A stretch of 64,000 nt of DNA from Mobula hypostoma (lineage: Eukaryota): NCBI RefSeq assembly GCF_963921235.1, contig NC_086097.1:127288001-127352000 (forward strand). The letters run 5' to 3'. The notes beneath the pieces were generated by a model that did no database searches, was not told the DNA's origin, and worked only from the letters and a program-made list of their open reading frames with translations. Shown here in pieces: positions 12,241 to 23,744 of this stretch. Numbering within the stretch: position 1 is the first letter of the stretch; the number at the start of each line of letters is the position of its first letter. The position numbers were made by a program, and so were the translations under genes.

Positions 12241-12850
12241 AGTCTGACTGCCACACTTTTTGTAGGTAATGTATATGAGAAAGCCTCAGGTAAGTTAATC
12301 GGGCATTTACTTGAAATGTGGCTTGGTTTAAGCTGGAAGAGAGTTCAAGGAGCTTCAGGAAAGTTGCAAACATTTGGATGTTGTGAGTATAAAGAACCAG
12401 AATCTACTCTGTGTCCATTAAGGTTATTGCATTGACTTCAAGTGGGAGACAAAAAGCTTCTTGTAAAAGTAGATGCAAAGACCAAAGCTCAGCTGGATGA
12501 ATGGAAGGCCAAAAAGAAATGTGTCAATGGAGATATGAAAAAAAGAGGATTCATCAGATGATGTTGTGGATGAGGAAGCCAAGAGGAAAGATCAGATGGT
12601 AAAGGGAACAATAGAAAGATTAATGTGAATACTTCAGTGAACTAAATGCATCTTCTCAAGATCAAGATACACACCCTCAAAGGAAGGAAAAGGAAAAAAA
12701 AGAGAAAGACATAAGTGCTATAGAAATGGAAGGGGACAAATGAGACCTATTTCCTTGAGAAATTGGCATATTCAGAGGTACTCACAAGAAACCAGAAGAA
12801 GAAAAAGGAAGGTGAGAAAAGGACAAGAAGTTGTAAAGGAGAGAAGAAAG
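12241..12850 (+). pseudogene. RBM25: RBM25 processed pseudogene fragment (RRM and following region)
   Basis: Translates as TLFVGNVYEKAS...LSWKRVQGASGKLQTFGCCEYKEPESTLCPLRLLH*LQVGDKKLLVKVDAKTKAQLDEWKAKKK...DISAIEMEGDK*DL...HKKPEEEKG, matching RBM25; intronless, with stops and frameshifts. Confidence 0.9.
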
Positions 12851-12919
12851 GATCAATGTAAGTCCATAGAGAAAAGGAAAAGAAAGGTGTCCCAAGCTGT
12901 CAGAATCACTTCCTGCATT

Positions 12920-13480
12920 GGATATTATTATTATTTGGTTTATTGTTGTCATATGCACCAAGAAACAGTGAAAAGATTTTATTTGCATTCGATCCAGACA
13001 GGTGAAGCCATGCACAAGTACATTGAGGTAGTATGAAGAAAAGCAGTATGCAAAATACTGTTGCAGTGCAGAGAACATGCAGTGCAGGTAAACAAAATGC
13101 AAGGGCCACAATGAGATAGATTGGGAGATCAACATAATATTGTTTGAATATGTGAGGGCTGTCCAAGAGTCTCATAACAATGGGAAGAAGCTGTCCTTTA
13201 ATCTGGTGATGCATGCTTTCAAGCTTTTGTCTCTTCTGCTGGATGGGAGAGGGGAGAGAGGAGAAGTGAGAATGACCAGAGCGGGAGGGGTCTTTGATTG
13301 TGTTGGCTGCTTTCCTGAGACAGTGAAAAAATATAGACTGGGTCATTGGAGAGGGGAGGCTGGTTTGTGTGATGGACTGGGCTGCGGTTTCTTACCGTCT
13401 TGGGCAGAGCAGACCCTGGACCAGTCAGTGATACATCTGGATAGGTTGATTTCAATGGTGTAACTATAAAAATTGGTCAT
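12920..13480 (-). mobile_element. Rex1/Babar-type LINE 3' fragment
   Basis: HCLRKAANTIKDPSRSGHSHFSSLPS motif and the characteristic 3' UTR. Confidence 0.75.
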
Positions 13481-14274
13481 GTGAAGTGTTCACGTGAACT
13501 GCAGTTGGACCTTCGTCAAACTTTGTATTCTCACATTGGTGGTTCTCGTCGACTTTACTTGTATTGTGCCAGTTGGACGTGGAAAAGCACACATTTCCCA
13601 TCTCCACCCCACTCAGCTAAGTTATTCTAAGTTTGTTTCATAACATTCAAGCTATAGAACAATGCTTTTCTTGGCCTTTTTGTTATCAAGTGTAGTGAAT
13701 CATTTGTTCTTTTCATACATCTGTTCTCACCAGAGGAGGAGCTGCGGAGATGAGAGATTTATGCTATGATGCTATTGTTCATTAAAACAATAACCATAAA
13801 AATAAAAGCACACAGCTGACTTTGCACGCTGGATTTAGCATCTGTTTCGCCGCAACATGCAGGATGCTTATTGAGGCAGAGAGTCTGGAACTCAGTTCCT
13901 CACTTTGACAGCTAACTCCTCATAACTGATGAACCATGTGTGTGAGTACTGTAGACCCATACAGGCCCTTCAGCCCAACTTATCCATGTCAGCCAGGATG
14001 CTCATCTAGGTTAGTCCCATTTATCTGCACTAGACCCATATCCCTCCAAGCCTTTCCTATCCACATACATGCCCAAATATCTTTAAATGTTGTTCCTGTA
14101 CCTGCCTCATCTGCTATCTCTGGCATGCATCTACTTTGGAGTGGGAGATAGTATACAAAGGTACAAATGTGGTTGGGAGAGGGAGGGATTTCAGTTAAAT
14201 GCCAGAGATTACATTTGGAGTCATAACTGAATAAAACTGACTCTGCATTCTGTGACTTTCTAGTCATTGAGAGT

Positions 14275-15075
14275 TTTTAAGGTGACCTTAACCTTAATTC
14301 TCTTTAAGAGACCCAACATTACCTCCTCCTTTATGTCAAAATGACGCAGCATATCAATACTATCGGCACCGATCTCCCTATCCTCCATGTCCTTCTTGAT
14401 AAATACTGATGTAAAGTGCTCATTTAGGGGTTCATCCTCATTCTCTGCATCCAAGCAAAGGTTACCCCCTTTTATCCTTGAGTGGTCCCACCCTCTCCCT
14501 AGTTATCCTCTTAATCTCGATTGCTTTGAGATTCTCCTTAATCCTGCTTGCCAAGGATCTTTCGTGTCCCCTCCTGGCTTTCCTAATTCCCTTCTTGAGA
14601 TCTTTCCTGGCTTCTTTATAATCTTCAAGGGTTCTGTTTGATTCTAGCTTCCAAAGACTTGCATTCTTTTTCTTTTTCCTCCTTGACTAAATTCTTCACC
14701 ACTCTTGACATCCAAGGTCTCTTGCCTTGCCATTCTTATCTTTCCTTCTGGACTGGCTGCAATTGTTTATAAGATCACAAGGGCCACAGGCAGAATAAAT
14801 GGTCACAGTCATTTTCCCAGGTTGAGGAAGTCTAAAACTAGAAGTGATGGGAGAGGCAAATTTTCACACAGGGGGTGGTGGGTATATGTCACAAGCTGTC
14901 AGAGGAATTGGTAGAGCCAGGTACAATTACACTGTTTAAAAGATTTGGGCAAGTATATGGATAAGAAAGATTCAGAGGGAACTGGACCAAGGATAGGTAA
15001 ATGGGATTAGCTCTGATAAGAATCTTGTTGACATGGACTAGGGGGCCTGTTTCTGTGAGGTATTGCTCTATGAAT
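14275..15075. mobile_element. CR1 LINE fragments (minus 14275-14760; plus 3' end 14760-15075)
   Basis: Minus ORF LNEHFTSVFIKKD...IKEEVMLGLLKRIKV; plus-strand CR1 3' end. Confidence 0.7.
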
Positions 15076-17104
15076 CCAATGCAGGTTATCTTCTAGCATC
15101 AGATTTTGATGTGTTCAAATTCTAAATGAAAATGTATGAAGAACTGTCCAAGGTCAGCATCTGCAGAAGGAGAACTGAAGTTCACATTTTAGATCGATGT
15201 CCTTTGACGTGAAACATTAACAATTTTTCTCTTTCCACAGATGCTGCCTGAACATTTTCAACACTTTCTGTTTTTATTCCAGCATCTGTAGTGTTTGATC
15301 TCCATGCTTACACTTAAACTTGCATACTGCACTAAAGTCATTCTTAACAAGGCCTTCTTGAAGTCTATCATATGGCTTTGCCATATGAGCTTATTTCTAG
15401 TTAGGTCCATAATGCCAAGAGTAACTCTTTACATTCATTTAGTCAAGTGTGTTCTCATTGACATTGACAAAATTTGACATTGAGATTAGGGATTCAAGTT
15501 TGTTGAACTGAGGATGCATTGTAAAAGAGGAAAAGAAGGTAGAGAGATTTAGGATGGAAAACTCTAGACTTAGGATCTTAAGGCAAGGTTACTCAAAACC
15601 CTTCACTGCTTCCAATGATGGAGCAGTGAAAGGTTTTGAAGACAACAACAATGTCAAATGTGAGGTGTGGTAGGGCTTTAAGGCATTGCAGGTCAACAAG
15701 TGCAGAGTAATTTTCACATAAAGGTATATTCCTGGTAGAATAGATGTGACTTGTGTTGATGTAGGAAGTGATTGGGTTGGGAGGACAGTCAAGAGGATAT
15801 TTTTCAAGGTGTAGATACACTGTTTGCAGTCTGAATTGGAATTGGGCAGGGGTTCATAGGTAGACCAGAGTGGCATAGTAAGTAGTGGCTAGCACAACCA
15901 TTTACAGTGGATTTCTTTCTGGTCCTCTAGTTTCCTCCCACATTCCAAAGACATAGAGGTTAGAGTTAATAAGTTGTGGACAAGCTATGTTGGTGCTGGA
16001 CGAATGGCAACACTTGCTCTCGGCATATCCTTGGACTGTGTTGGTTGTGATACAAAACAATATTTTGATGTACATATGACAAATAAAGCTAATATTTTCT
16101 TTTTTTTTGGATGTTGGCAAGGAGGCTTGAGGTTGAAACAACTTGAACATTGCAGCTTTATTAATCCCTGGCTGGTTGTTTTTGGCTTCTGATGAATCCA
16201 TAGAGCTTTACATAAGTGAATTCTGAACTTTCCTTTCACAGTAACATCTTAACAAAGGGTTTTGTTGCTTTCCGTGTTGATGGTCCTGATGTACTGAGGC
16301 GGTAACAGTGTACACAACTCCAATATCAGGGTAGATGTGTTCTTCATGGATCCAGGTGCTTTTCTTTGGACCATTCTGCAGTCTCAAATCTCTGAGAAGA
16401 TTATGTACATTTTTTGCAAGAAAATGGAAGATGTTGTTCTCACACCTCTCTTACTGGGCCTTATTCAGATTCTATCTTGGTATTCACATTTATGAATTAT
16501 TTCACTTAAAAGTCTTTGAACAGAACTGCATGCAGAAAATTGCAAAACTGTAGTGCAAAGCCAACATTCCCAAGCAGTGTTCGTCATGTTTAAGCACTGC
16601 CTAGAGAAACTGATACACTGAGATAAATCAAGATTTCTTCCAGGACTTGAGGGCAATGCCTGAAATTCCTTGTGGGGAGCAATGTTTTAAAATTCTTTCT
16701 GTCTGACTCTGAGAAACCCTTCAGGGAATGAACCCCTTGCAGTTGCGAAAGCTTAATCCTTCAAAACCTCCCACCAACTCCTCACCTGCGATTTCTGCTT
16801 TCAGTAGAAGTATCTGAATGCCAAAGAGCCTGCTTAACTGCTGAATTAATTTGGAGTTGATCTTCACAGTTCAAGAGTTGAACCTTGGCATTTATAGACG
16901 GCATAATTTGAACACCGCAGATTGGTCACAGGTTGTTTAGAAGAGGCAATCAGTTCTACCTCAGAGCTACAAGTCCTCTTCTACACTGTTTCTGTAGTTC
17001 CTTTCTGTCCACAACATTATTGTGGCAGAGAAAGAGGCTGTTCTTCTCATCTGTTCATTGAAGAAGCACATCAGCTTGTTCCCTACTCTTTTCCCCATAT
17101 TCCT

Positions 17105-17325
17105 TGCAATGTATTTAATATTTCAGTAATATTGTAAATATATGGTTTGATTAAGCATTTTTTGTTTGCATAGTTAAATAGATTATATATAGAAAGTACA
17201 TGAATGGCACACGTTATTACGCCACCATGTAATATGTGGGCACTTCCTACGGGAAAAACTAAGCAGATGAAACGTATCCCAGCTCCTGCATTTTTCCTTA
17301 GATTAGTTTCCAGACTTGCAAAACA
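17105..17325 (+). repeat. 5' LTR of Gypsy element
   Basis: TGCAATGTATTTAATA...CTTGCAAAACA; aligns with 21205-21422. Confidence 0.85.
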
Positions 17326-17825
17326 AGGTAGTTGTAAAACAAACCGGAGATGACTACCTACTTGTTGAAGTGCAGCAGGGTTTTTTTTTGGAAGAGGGAG
17401 AGGTTTGAGTCTAAAAAAACAGACAAAATTCATGGATTCAGAAAAAGTGAGTGCCAGTTGATGATTATATATAAATAAATAAGCAGAAATGGCTGGCTAT
17501 GTCAGAAAGATAGATGCATTTGATTGCAGAACAGATAACTGGATGATGTACGCTGAAAGAATTGAGCAGTATTTGAAACCAAATGGAATAACCGAGAAGG
17601 AATGAGGGACAGTGTTGCTGAGTATAATAGGTAGAAAAGCATACAGTTTGCTTAGAAATTTAACTGCTCCAACCAAACCAGCCATAATGGGCTTCGCTGG
17701 TATTGTGAATGTAATGTAGGCACATTTACAACCAAAAACTTTGTTGATTATATATTGTTTTAGGTTTCATAAGCAAAATCAAAAGGGAGTTAATTTCAGC
17801 TTACATGGCTGAATTGAAGAAGTTA

Positions 17826-18170
17826 GAAAAAAACATAGAAACATAGAAAACCTACAGCACAATACAGGCCCTTCGGCCCACAAAGTTGTGCTGAACATGT
17901 CCCTGCCTTAGAAATTACTAGGGTTACCCATAGCCCTCTATTTTTCTAAGCTCCATGTACCTATCCAAAAGTCTCTTAAAAGACCCTATCGTATCTGCCT
18001 CCACTACTGTTTCCAGCAGCCCATTCCACACACTCACCACTTGCTGTGTTAAAAAAAAACTTACCCCTGACATCTCTGTACCTACTCCCAAGCACCTTAA
18101 ACCTGTGCCTTCTTGTGGCAGCCATTTCAGCCCTGGGAAAAAGCCTCTGAATATCCACACAATCAATGCC
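17826..18170 (-). mobile_element. CR1 LINE 3' end inserted in Gypsy gag
   Basis: Minus ORF FLTQQVVSVWNGLLETVVEADTIGSFKRLLDRYM; (CATAGAAA)n tail; AAGTT duplicated at both junctions. Confidence 0.88.
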
Positions 18171-21100
18171 AAGTTGTACAAGCATTATCAGTTCAGTGAT
18201 GGTTTTAATAATACACTGAGAGATTGTTTAGTTGATGGAATCTTACAAGAAAACATTCAAAAATGGCTCCTAACAGAAACACAACTTGTATTTAAAAGAG
18301 CATTTGAAATCACTGTATCAATGGAAACAGCAGCCAGAAAAAGTAATTGAGTTGCAACCATGAGTGAAAGTGATGGTGAACAAAGTTACAATGTCTAACT
18401 ACATCCAAAAAGCATGTCGGGTAGACAAAAATAAATGGATCGCAGAAGGAAGAGATAATGATAAAAGGTCAAGTTGCAGTTTCAAAAAGAGCACTAATTT
18501 GCATGCAACTGATGAAAATTCTGATAATGATGGGAGTGACACAGGTTTGAATAGCCTTGAGATTTACAGTGTGAAAACTAACAGAGAAGCAATATGGCTT
18601 ACACCTGAATTGAATGGCAAATTAATTAAAATGGAATTGGACACTGGCTCAGCTGTTTCAGTCATTCCACAAACTGATTTTGAATGGTATTTCAAAGATA
18701 CTGAACTGAAGCCTGCAGATAACCAACTAAGAACTTGTACTGGAGAAAAGATAACTCCCGTGGGAATGGCATTTGTAACAGTGAAATTCAACAACCAAGA
18801 AGCCACATTGGGTTTGTATGTGGTAAAAACAGGAGGGCCAGCATAGTGAGGATATGATTGGCTGAGACTACAACATGATTTGGGATCCACCCACCATTTG
18901 TATGCCATATCCCCTGCAATAGAGTCAACTGAGGGTGAATTAAGGAAGGTACTGGATGATGCCACAGCAGTGTTCAAGGATGGCACTGGAAAACTCAAAC
19001 ATATCAAGGATCAGTGTGAACTGAAAATGCCACACTCAGGTTTTACAAACACTCTGTGATTCCTTCTCATCTGTGATAAAGCCACCAGTGAGCTAGATCA
19101 CATGGGGAGGGTGAAGGAATTTGTTCCAAGGTTGAGTGGAATCTACGGGCAATGCCATTGGTCCCTGTAGCCAAGAAGGATGGTTCTGCCAGGATCTGTG
19201 GCGATAGCAGATCAATACCCTCTGCCCAGGATAGAGGATATCATTGCAAACCTTTCTTGAGGGAAACACTTCAACAAAATGGACATAGCTTCACCCTACC
19301 TACTGATGGAAATGGAAGAAGAGTCCAAAGTGTTTTTCTCCATAAACAATCTCAAAGGACTTTTCCACTATAGTAGACTTACTATTGGCGTAGCATCTGC
19401 ATCTGCACCTGCACTCTGCTGGAATGCCATGGACCGGTTGCTGCAAGTCTGTCCAGGCACTCAGTTACCATCATTGTTTCCAGTGAGGATGACAAGGAAC
19501 ATCTCAAAATTCGCAGGACGGTGTTAAAAAGATTAGAAGATTATGGACTCAGAGAATGATGCAACAAGCTTGAATTCTTTAAACCAAGCATCGCCTACTG
19601 TGGCCACACCATTGACGCAAAAGCATTACACAAGTGTGCTGAGAAAATTCAAGCAGTGATGGATGCCCCAAGGCCAGAGGAAGCATCACAGTTGCTGTCT
19701 TTTTCAGGATTTGTTCATAACTGTATCAGGTTTCTGCCAAACCAGCCTACAGTGCTCTACTCCTTGAATTCAGTGGAGGAAGCTGTGTGAAGTGGCTTTC
19801 CTAAAGGTAAAGGAAATGTGGCATCAGACAACACACTCACACACTAAAATCCACTGATCAGTGAATCTTGCCTGTGCCACATCCCTCTCTGGTATAGGTG
19901 TAGTCATGTCACGCATTATGAGTGAATAAAGTGAACGCCCCATAGCCTTTCCATCATGCTCCCTTACCACTGCAGTGAAAATGTATGCACAGATTAACAG
20001 AGAGGCTTTGAGTGGTTTGGGGTGTAAAGCATTTCAAGCAGTACTTGTCTGGCCTCATTTCTGATCATCAACCGAGTGTCCATTGTCAGTTCACAGAAGG
20101 GTGTTCCCCAAAGAGTAGCGGCGTGAATACAGAGAGGGCCTCTCTGTTTCTTGGAGGATACCATTAGTAGTAGTAGTAGTAGTCATACTTTATTACAAGA
20201 TCGAATTCAAGAGGACAATTAATCATGGAAATGCAAATGCATTGTCCCATTTACCCTTGGACAAGGAAATAAAAAGAAGACACTCCTCTTGACATATTCT
20301 CCCTGATGGAAAGCAGGAGTCTCCCTATTACGGCAGAGATGATCCAAAGGGAAACCAGAAAAGACCCCACACTGAATCAAGTCTGCATGGCCACCCAAAA
20401 TGGCTGGAGTGTGCAGCAGAAATTCCAGTTCCCCCATTTTTCCCAGCACCTGGATGAACTACCCTTGATGGAGTTTGCTTCATGTGGGGAATGAAAGTTG
20501 TTGTACATCCACACTGAGAGCGAAAGTGTTGGAGGAGCTACGTGCTGGTTATCTAGGTATGGTCAAAATGAAAGTGTTGGCTTGAATCTTTGTCTGATGG
20601 TCTGGGATAGATCAACAGATCAGGCAGCTCCCGATTTGTTGATCTGCCCACACGTCCAGAAGATGCCAAGAGCAGCTCCTCTCCATCCGTGGCAATGGCC
20701 TGCAATGCCGTAGTGAGGCACTACAGAGGTGATCAAAAGTGGGTACTTGGAAAGATTAAGGACAGATCTGGACCACTGTCAGTGGAGATTGCGTCTGAGG
20801 TCATCTGGAGATGGTACATCGATTAGTTGAGGAGAGCAGAGTTAGTTGTTAGAGAATAAATGTGTACAGAGCTGTCCTGCAGTCCGAGAGTCAACTCCTA
20901 CAACCACCATGGAGGAGGCCCTAGTACCTGAGATTGTTTCACAGCCACAGGTCTCACTTGCCAAGCAGAGTGATTCCCCAGCATTCCACCCCCCCCCCCC
21001 CCCCCCAGCCTGTCAGGAGATCCATTATCCCAGAATGGTAAGAAACCCTCCACAGTGATCGAATCTCCCTGCTCTGGATTTATATATGTTAGTTGTATTA

Positions 21101-21204
21101 TATGGTATACTGAGGACACGAGATGACTAGAGAGCAATATGTTACAAATTTGAGTTGAGATGCATTCTATATTGAGTTGGAGTTTACAGCTAAGCAGGGA
21201 GGAG

Positions 21205-21422
21205 TGCAGTGTATTTAATAGTTCAGTAATATTGTTTGATTAAGCATTATTTGTTTACATAATTAATTATGGGTTATATGTAAGAAGTACATGAGTGGCG
21301 CACGTCAATTACGCCGCCGCATCATATGTGATCGCCTCGCTAAAGGAAAACTAAGTAGACAAAACATACCCCAGCTCCCGTGTTTTTCTTTCATTTAGTT
21401 TCTGGAGTTACAAAATGTAACA
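21205..21422 (+). repeat. 3' LTR of Gypsy element
   Basis: TGCAGTGTATTTAATA...AAAATGTAACA, directly after the polypurine tract. Confidence 0.88.
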
Positions 21423-21719
21423 CTCCTAAAACTGATATTTTTCAATTGCCTTTCTAATTCCCTCTTGAAAGTCCTGACATTCTTTCTGCCTCCTGGGGAA
21501 TATGGGCAAGTAGAACTAGTTTAGAGGGGAAATCTTCTCGGCATGGACCATTTGGGCTGGAGGGCTTGTTTCACGTTGTATGACTGATGCCATGCATTTA
21601 GGATCAGATTGCATTCTAAGAATGTAGAACGTTGATTTCAAAGACAAGTAGTTTTGGCCTTTATGGTTTAAATAACAATGGGGATCTTCTGAAGAGGAGA
21701 TTTTGGGGTACAGAGTAGA

Positions 21720-22390
21720 AATCTTCAGCAAGAAGTGCACCAGAATGTTGCAGGAGGGTTAGAGAGTGCTCACAATAAGGAGAGATTATACAAACTTGGA
21801 TTGTTTTCTCCAGGGCACCAGAGACTGGGGGGAGACCTGATAGAAGTGTATAAAATTAATGAGAAACATAAATAGACAGAGTCATGAGTCATTTTCCAAG
21901 GGTGGATGTGTCAAAAACTAAAGGGTTTAAGATGAGGGCGGGGGAGGGGGTGTCAAGTTTAAATGAAGTGTGTGAGGCAAGAGAGCGTTCGGAGCCCAGA
22001 ATGTGTGCATTGGAAGGTGTGGAAATGAATACACCAGCGATGTAGAGCATTAGGAGCCCACAATGTGTGCATTGGAAGGTGTGGAAATGAATACACCAGC
22101 GATGTAGAGCATTAGGAGCCCACAATGTGTGCATTGGAAGGTGTGGAAATGAATACACCAGCAATGTAGAGCATTAGGAGCCCAGAATGTGTGCATTGGA
22201 AGGTGTGGAAATGAATACATCAGCGATGTAGAGCATTAAGAGCCCACAATGTGTGGAAATGAATACGCTAGCAATGTTTAAGAGGCATTTAGACGGACAT
22301 ATGAATTGAGTTGTATAGGCACAGGCAGGTGGGATTAGTTTAATTCGACATTATGTATATTGTGGTTCTGTGCTGTACTGTTCTGTGTCA
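21720..22390 (+). mobile_element. CR1 LINE 3' fragment containing a minisatellite
   Basis: CR1 3' ORF2 remnants (GGAGACCTGATAGAAGTGTATAAAATT) and tail (CTGTGCTGTACTGTTCTGTG). Confidence 0.7.
21991..22278. repeat. 62-bp minisatellite, 4 full units plus 1 partial
   Basis: Unit GGAGCCCACAATGTGTGCATTGGAAGGTGTGGAAATGAATACACCAGCGATGTAGAGCATTA starting at 21991, 22053, 22115, 22177 and 22239. Confidence 0.97.
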
Positions 22391-23117
22391 TAACATGAAG
22401 CACTTGGTTTTGTGTCCAAATCCTGTAATTGTCACCTGATAGGTGTTGGAAACATATTCGGCGATAACATTCTAAGGAGAGCAGGGTCAATACCAAAGTG
22501 AAAAATATACAGACTAAAATAGAAATTGGGTGGTTGACTTGGGCAACGCTAGCCAAATAACGACCTTTGGCAGTGTTTCCTTCTATGCTTCTGGCTGCTA
22601 ATTCCAGTATGTGTGAAGCCTACAGTGCTGGACCTGAGGCACCAAGCTTACCAAATGTTCCAGCTTCAGTGTCATTGTTTAATTTTACATGCTCATGTGA
22701 AACCCAAGACCCACTGAGATCTTAAATTACCTGAAGTTTGGTAATTTTTCATTGCCAACACTTTGCAGAAATTAGTTAGGACAGTTGCTTTGGGCTAACA
22801 TTTCTGTTGAAAGATTGCTTTGGTGCTTACATTATTTCTGCTGTTGCATTTAACATAGAGTAGTACAGAAACAGGCCCTTCAGCCCATAATGTCTGAGCC
22901 AAGCAAATTAAATTATCCTTTATTCCTGCTCCATTCCTTGCATATTCAGGTGCCTCTAAATCTCTTAACATCACTGTCTGTGTTTTTGACTAGCATCTAA
23001 TTTTGCACATGTCTTTGAGGTTTTATTAAGTTGTATTAGTAGATTGAAGCTTTCTGTAAATCAAACTTCATTTTGTGGAGCTCTGTGGCTAAAGGATGCA
23101 TTTGTTATACTCCTTGT

Positions 23118-23537
23118 TCGGTTCTGTTCAGATCCCGCAACCCTTTTTATGGGTTGTAGGGGCGCTTTCGTGTGTCATAGGCAAGTGAGGCCTAGCGGTG
23201 CGCATCCCTCTCCAGGCCTGGACCACAGCCAGTGTCCTCCAACTTGGTGGCTCGCCCTGGTCTCGAGCGTACGGCTATTGTAGTTCGTCGGGGAACTCAT
23301 CTGCCCTGGCTGGTGGCTTCATGGATGAGATCCTTTGCCCAGTGGTGCTGTGGTAACACCACCCCCTCACATGGTTTAGCCTGGCAGCTGAAGCGGTGTA
23401 TTGGGCTGTGCCACTTGGAGGCATACGTGAGAGAGTTAGGAGATGGATGAGGACCAGTGATACCTGTCCACCATGCGAGGTAGAGTACAGTTGCCAACAT
23501 CAAAGGTATCACCTCTATCCAGGGCCCCCTACACCCC
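23118..23537 (-). mobile_element. 420-bp non-autonomous retroelement (RTE-type) with 11-bp TSD
   Basis: ATACTCCTTGT at 23107-23117 and 23538-23548; GC/CpG-rich interior; no recognisable protein; shares a motif with 2023-2521. Confidence 0.75.
23364..23537 (-). ncRNA. HDV-like self-cleaving ribozyme (predicted, partly decayed) at the element 5' end
   Basis: P1 GGGGTGT(23537-23531)/ACAGCCC(23409-23403), 6 of 7 pairs; P2 CTCTCACGT/ATGTGAGGG; P3 GCC/GGC with 7-nt L3 TCCAAGT; J4/2 GCTAA (C at 23379); the P1.1 partner is AA instead of GG. Confidence 0.6.
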
Positions 23538-23646
23538 ATACTCCTTGTAACATAGGTTTAACCATTCATAGAGTTGTACAGTCTGGAAAAAGGCCATTCA
23601 GGCCAACTGGCCCAACCTAGATGCCTGACTAGAATAAATCCCATTC

Positions 23647-23744
23647 AAGCAACACACATCAAAGTTGCTGGTGAACGCAGCAGGCCAGGCAGCATCTGTA
23701 GGAAGAGGTGCAGTCGACATTTCAGGCCGAGACCCTTCGTCAGG
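23647..23744 (-). mobile_element. Penelope-like pLTR 3' fragment carrying a minimal hammerhead motif (23711-23744)
   Basis: Minus strand CCTGACGAAGGGTCTCGGCCTGAAATGTCGACTG; near-identical to 32409-32504. Confidence 0.75.

Larger units (their letters stand above)
17105..21422 (+). mobile_element. Gypsy LTR retrotransposon with both LTRs, decayed gag-pol
   Basis: Protease ELDTGSAVSVI, RT PLVPVAKKDGSARICGD, RNase H and integrase-region remnants; PPT AAGCAGGGAGGAG before the 3' LTR; flanks TTCCT/CTCCT (possible 5-bp TSD). Confidence 0.92.

Noticed and set aside
12112..12435. Functional RBM25 gene or exon
   Set aside because: In-frame stops, frameshifts, no introns and substitutions at conserved RRM positions.
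21991..22278. Regularly spaced repeats resembling a CRISPR array
   Set aside because: The units are contiguous and near-identical with no unique spacers, the context is eukaryotic, and there are no cas genes; it is a minisatellite.
23103..23552. Apparent solo LTR (TGTTATA...TGTAACA termini)
   Set aside because: No matching 4-6 bp TSD outside those termini; the internal 11-bp direct repeat explains the boundaries better as a non-LTR insertion.
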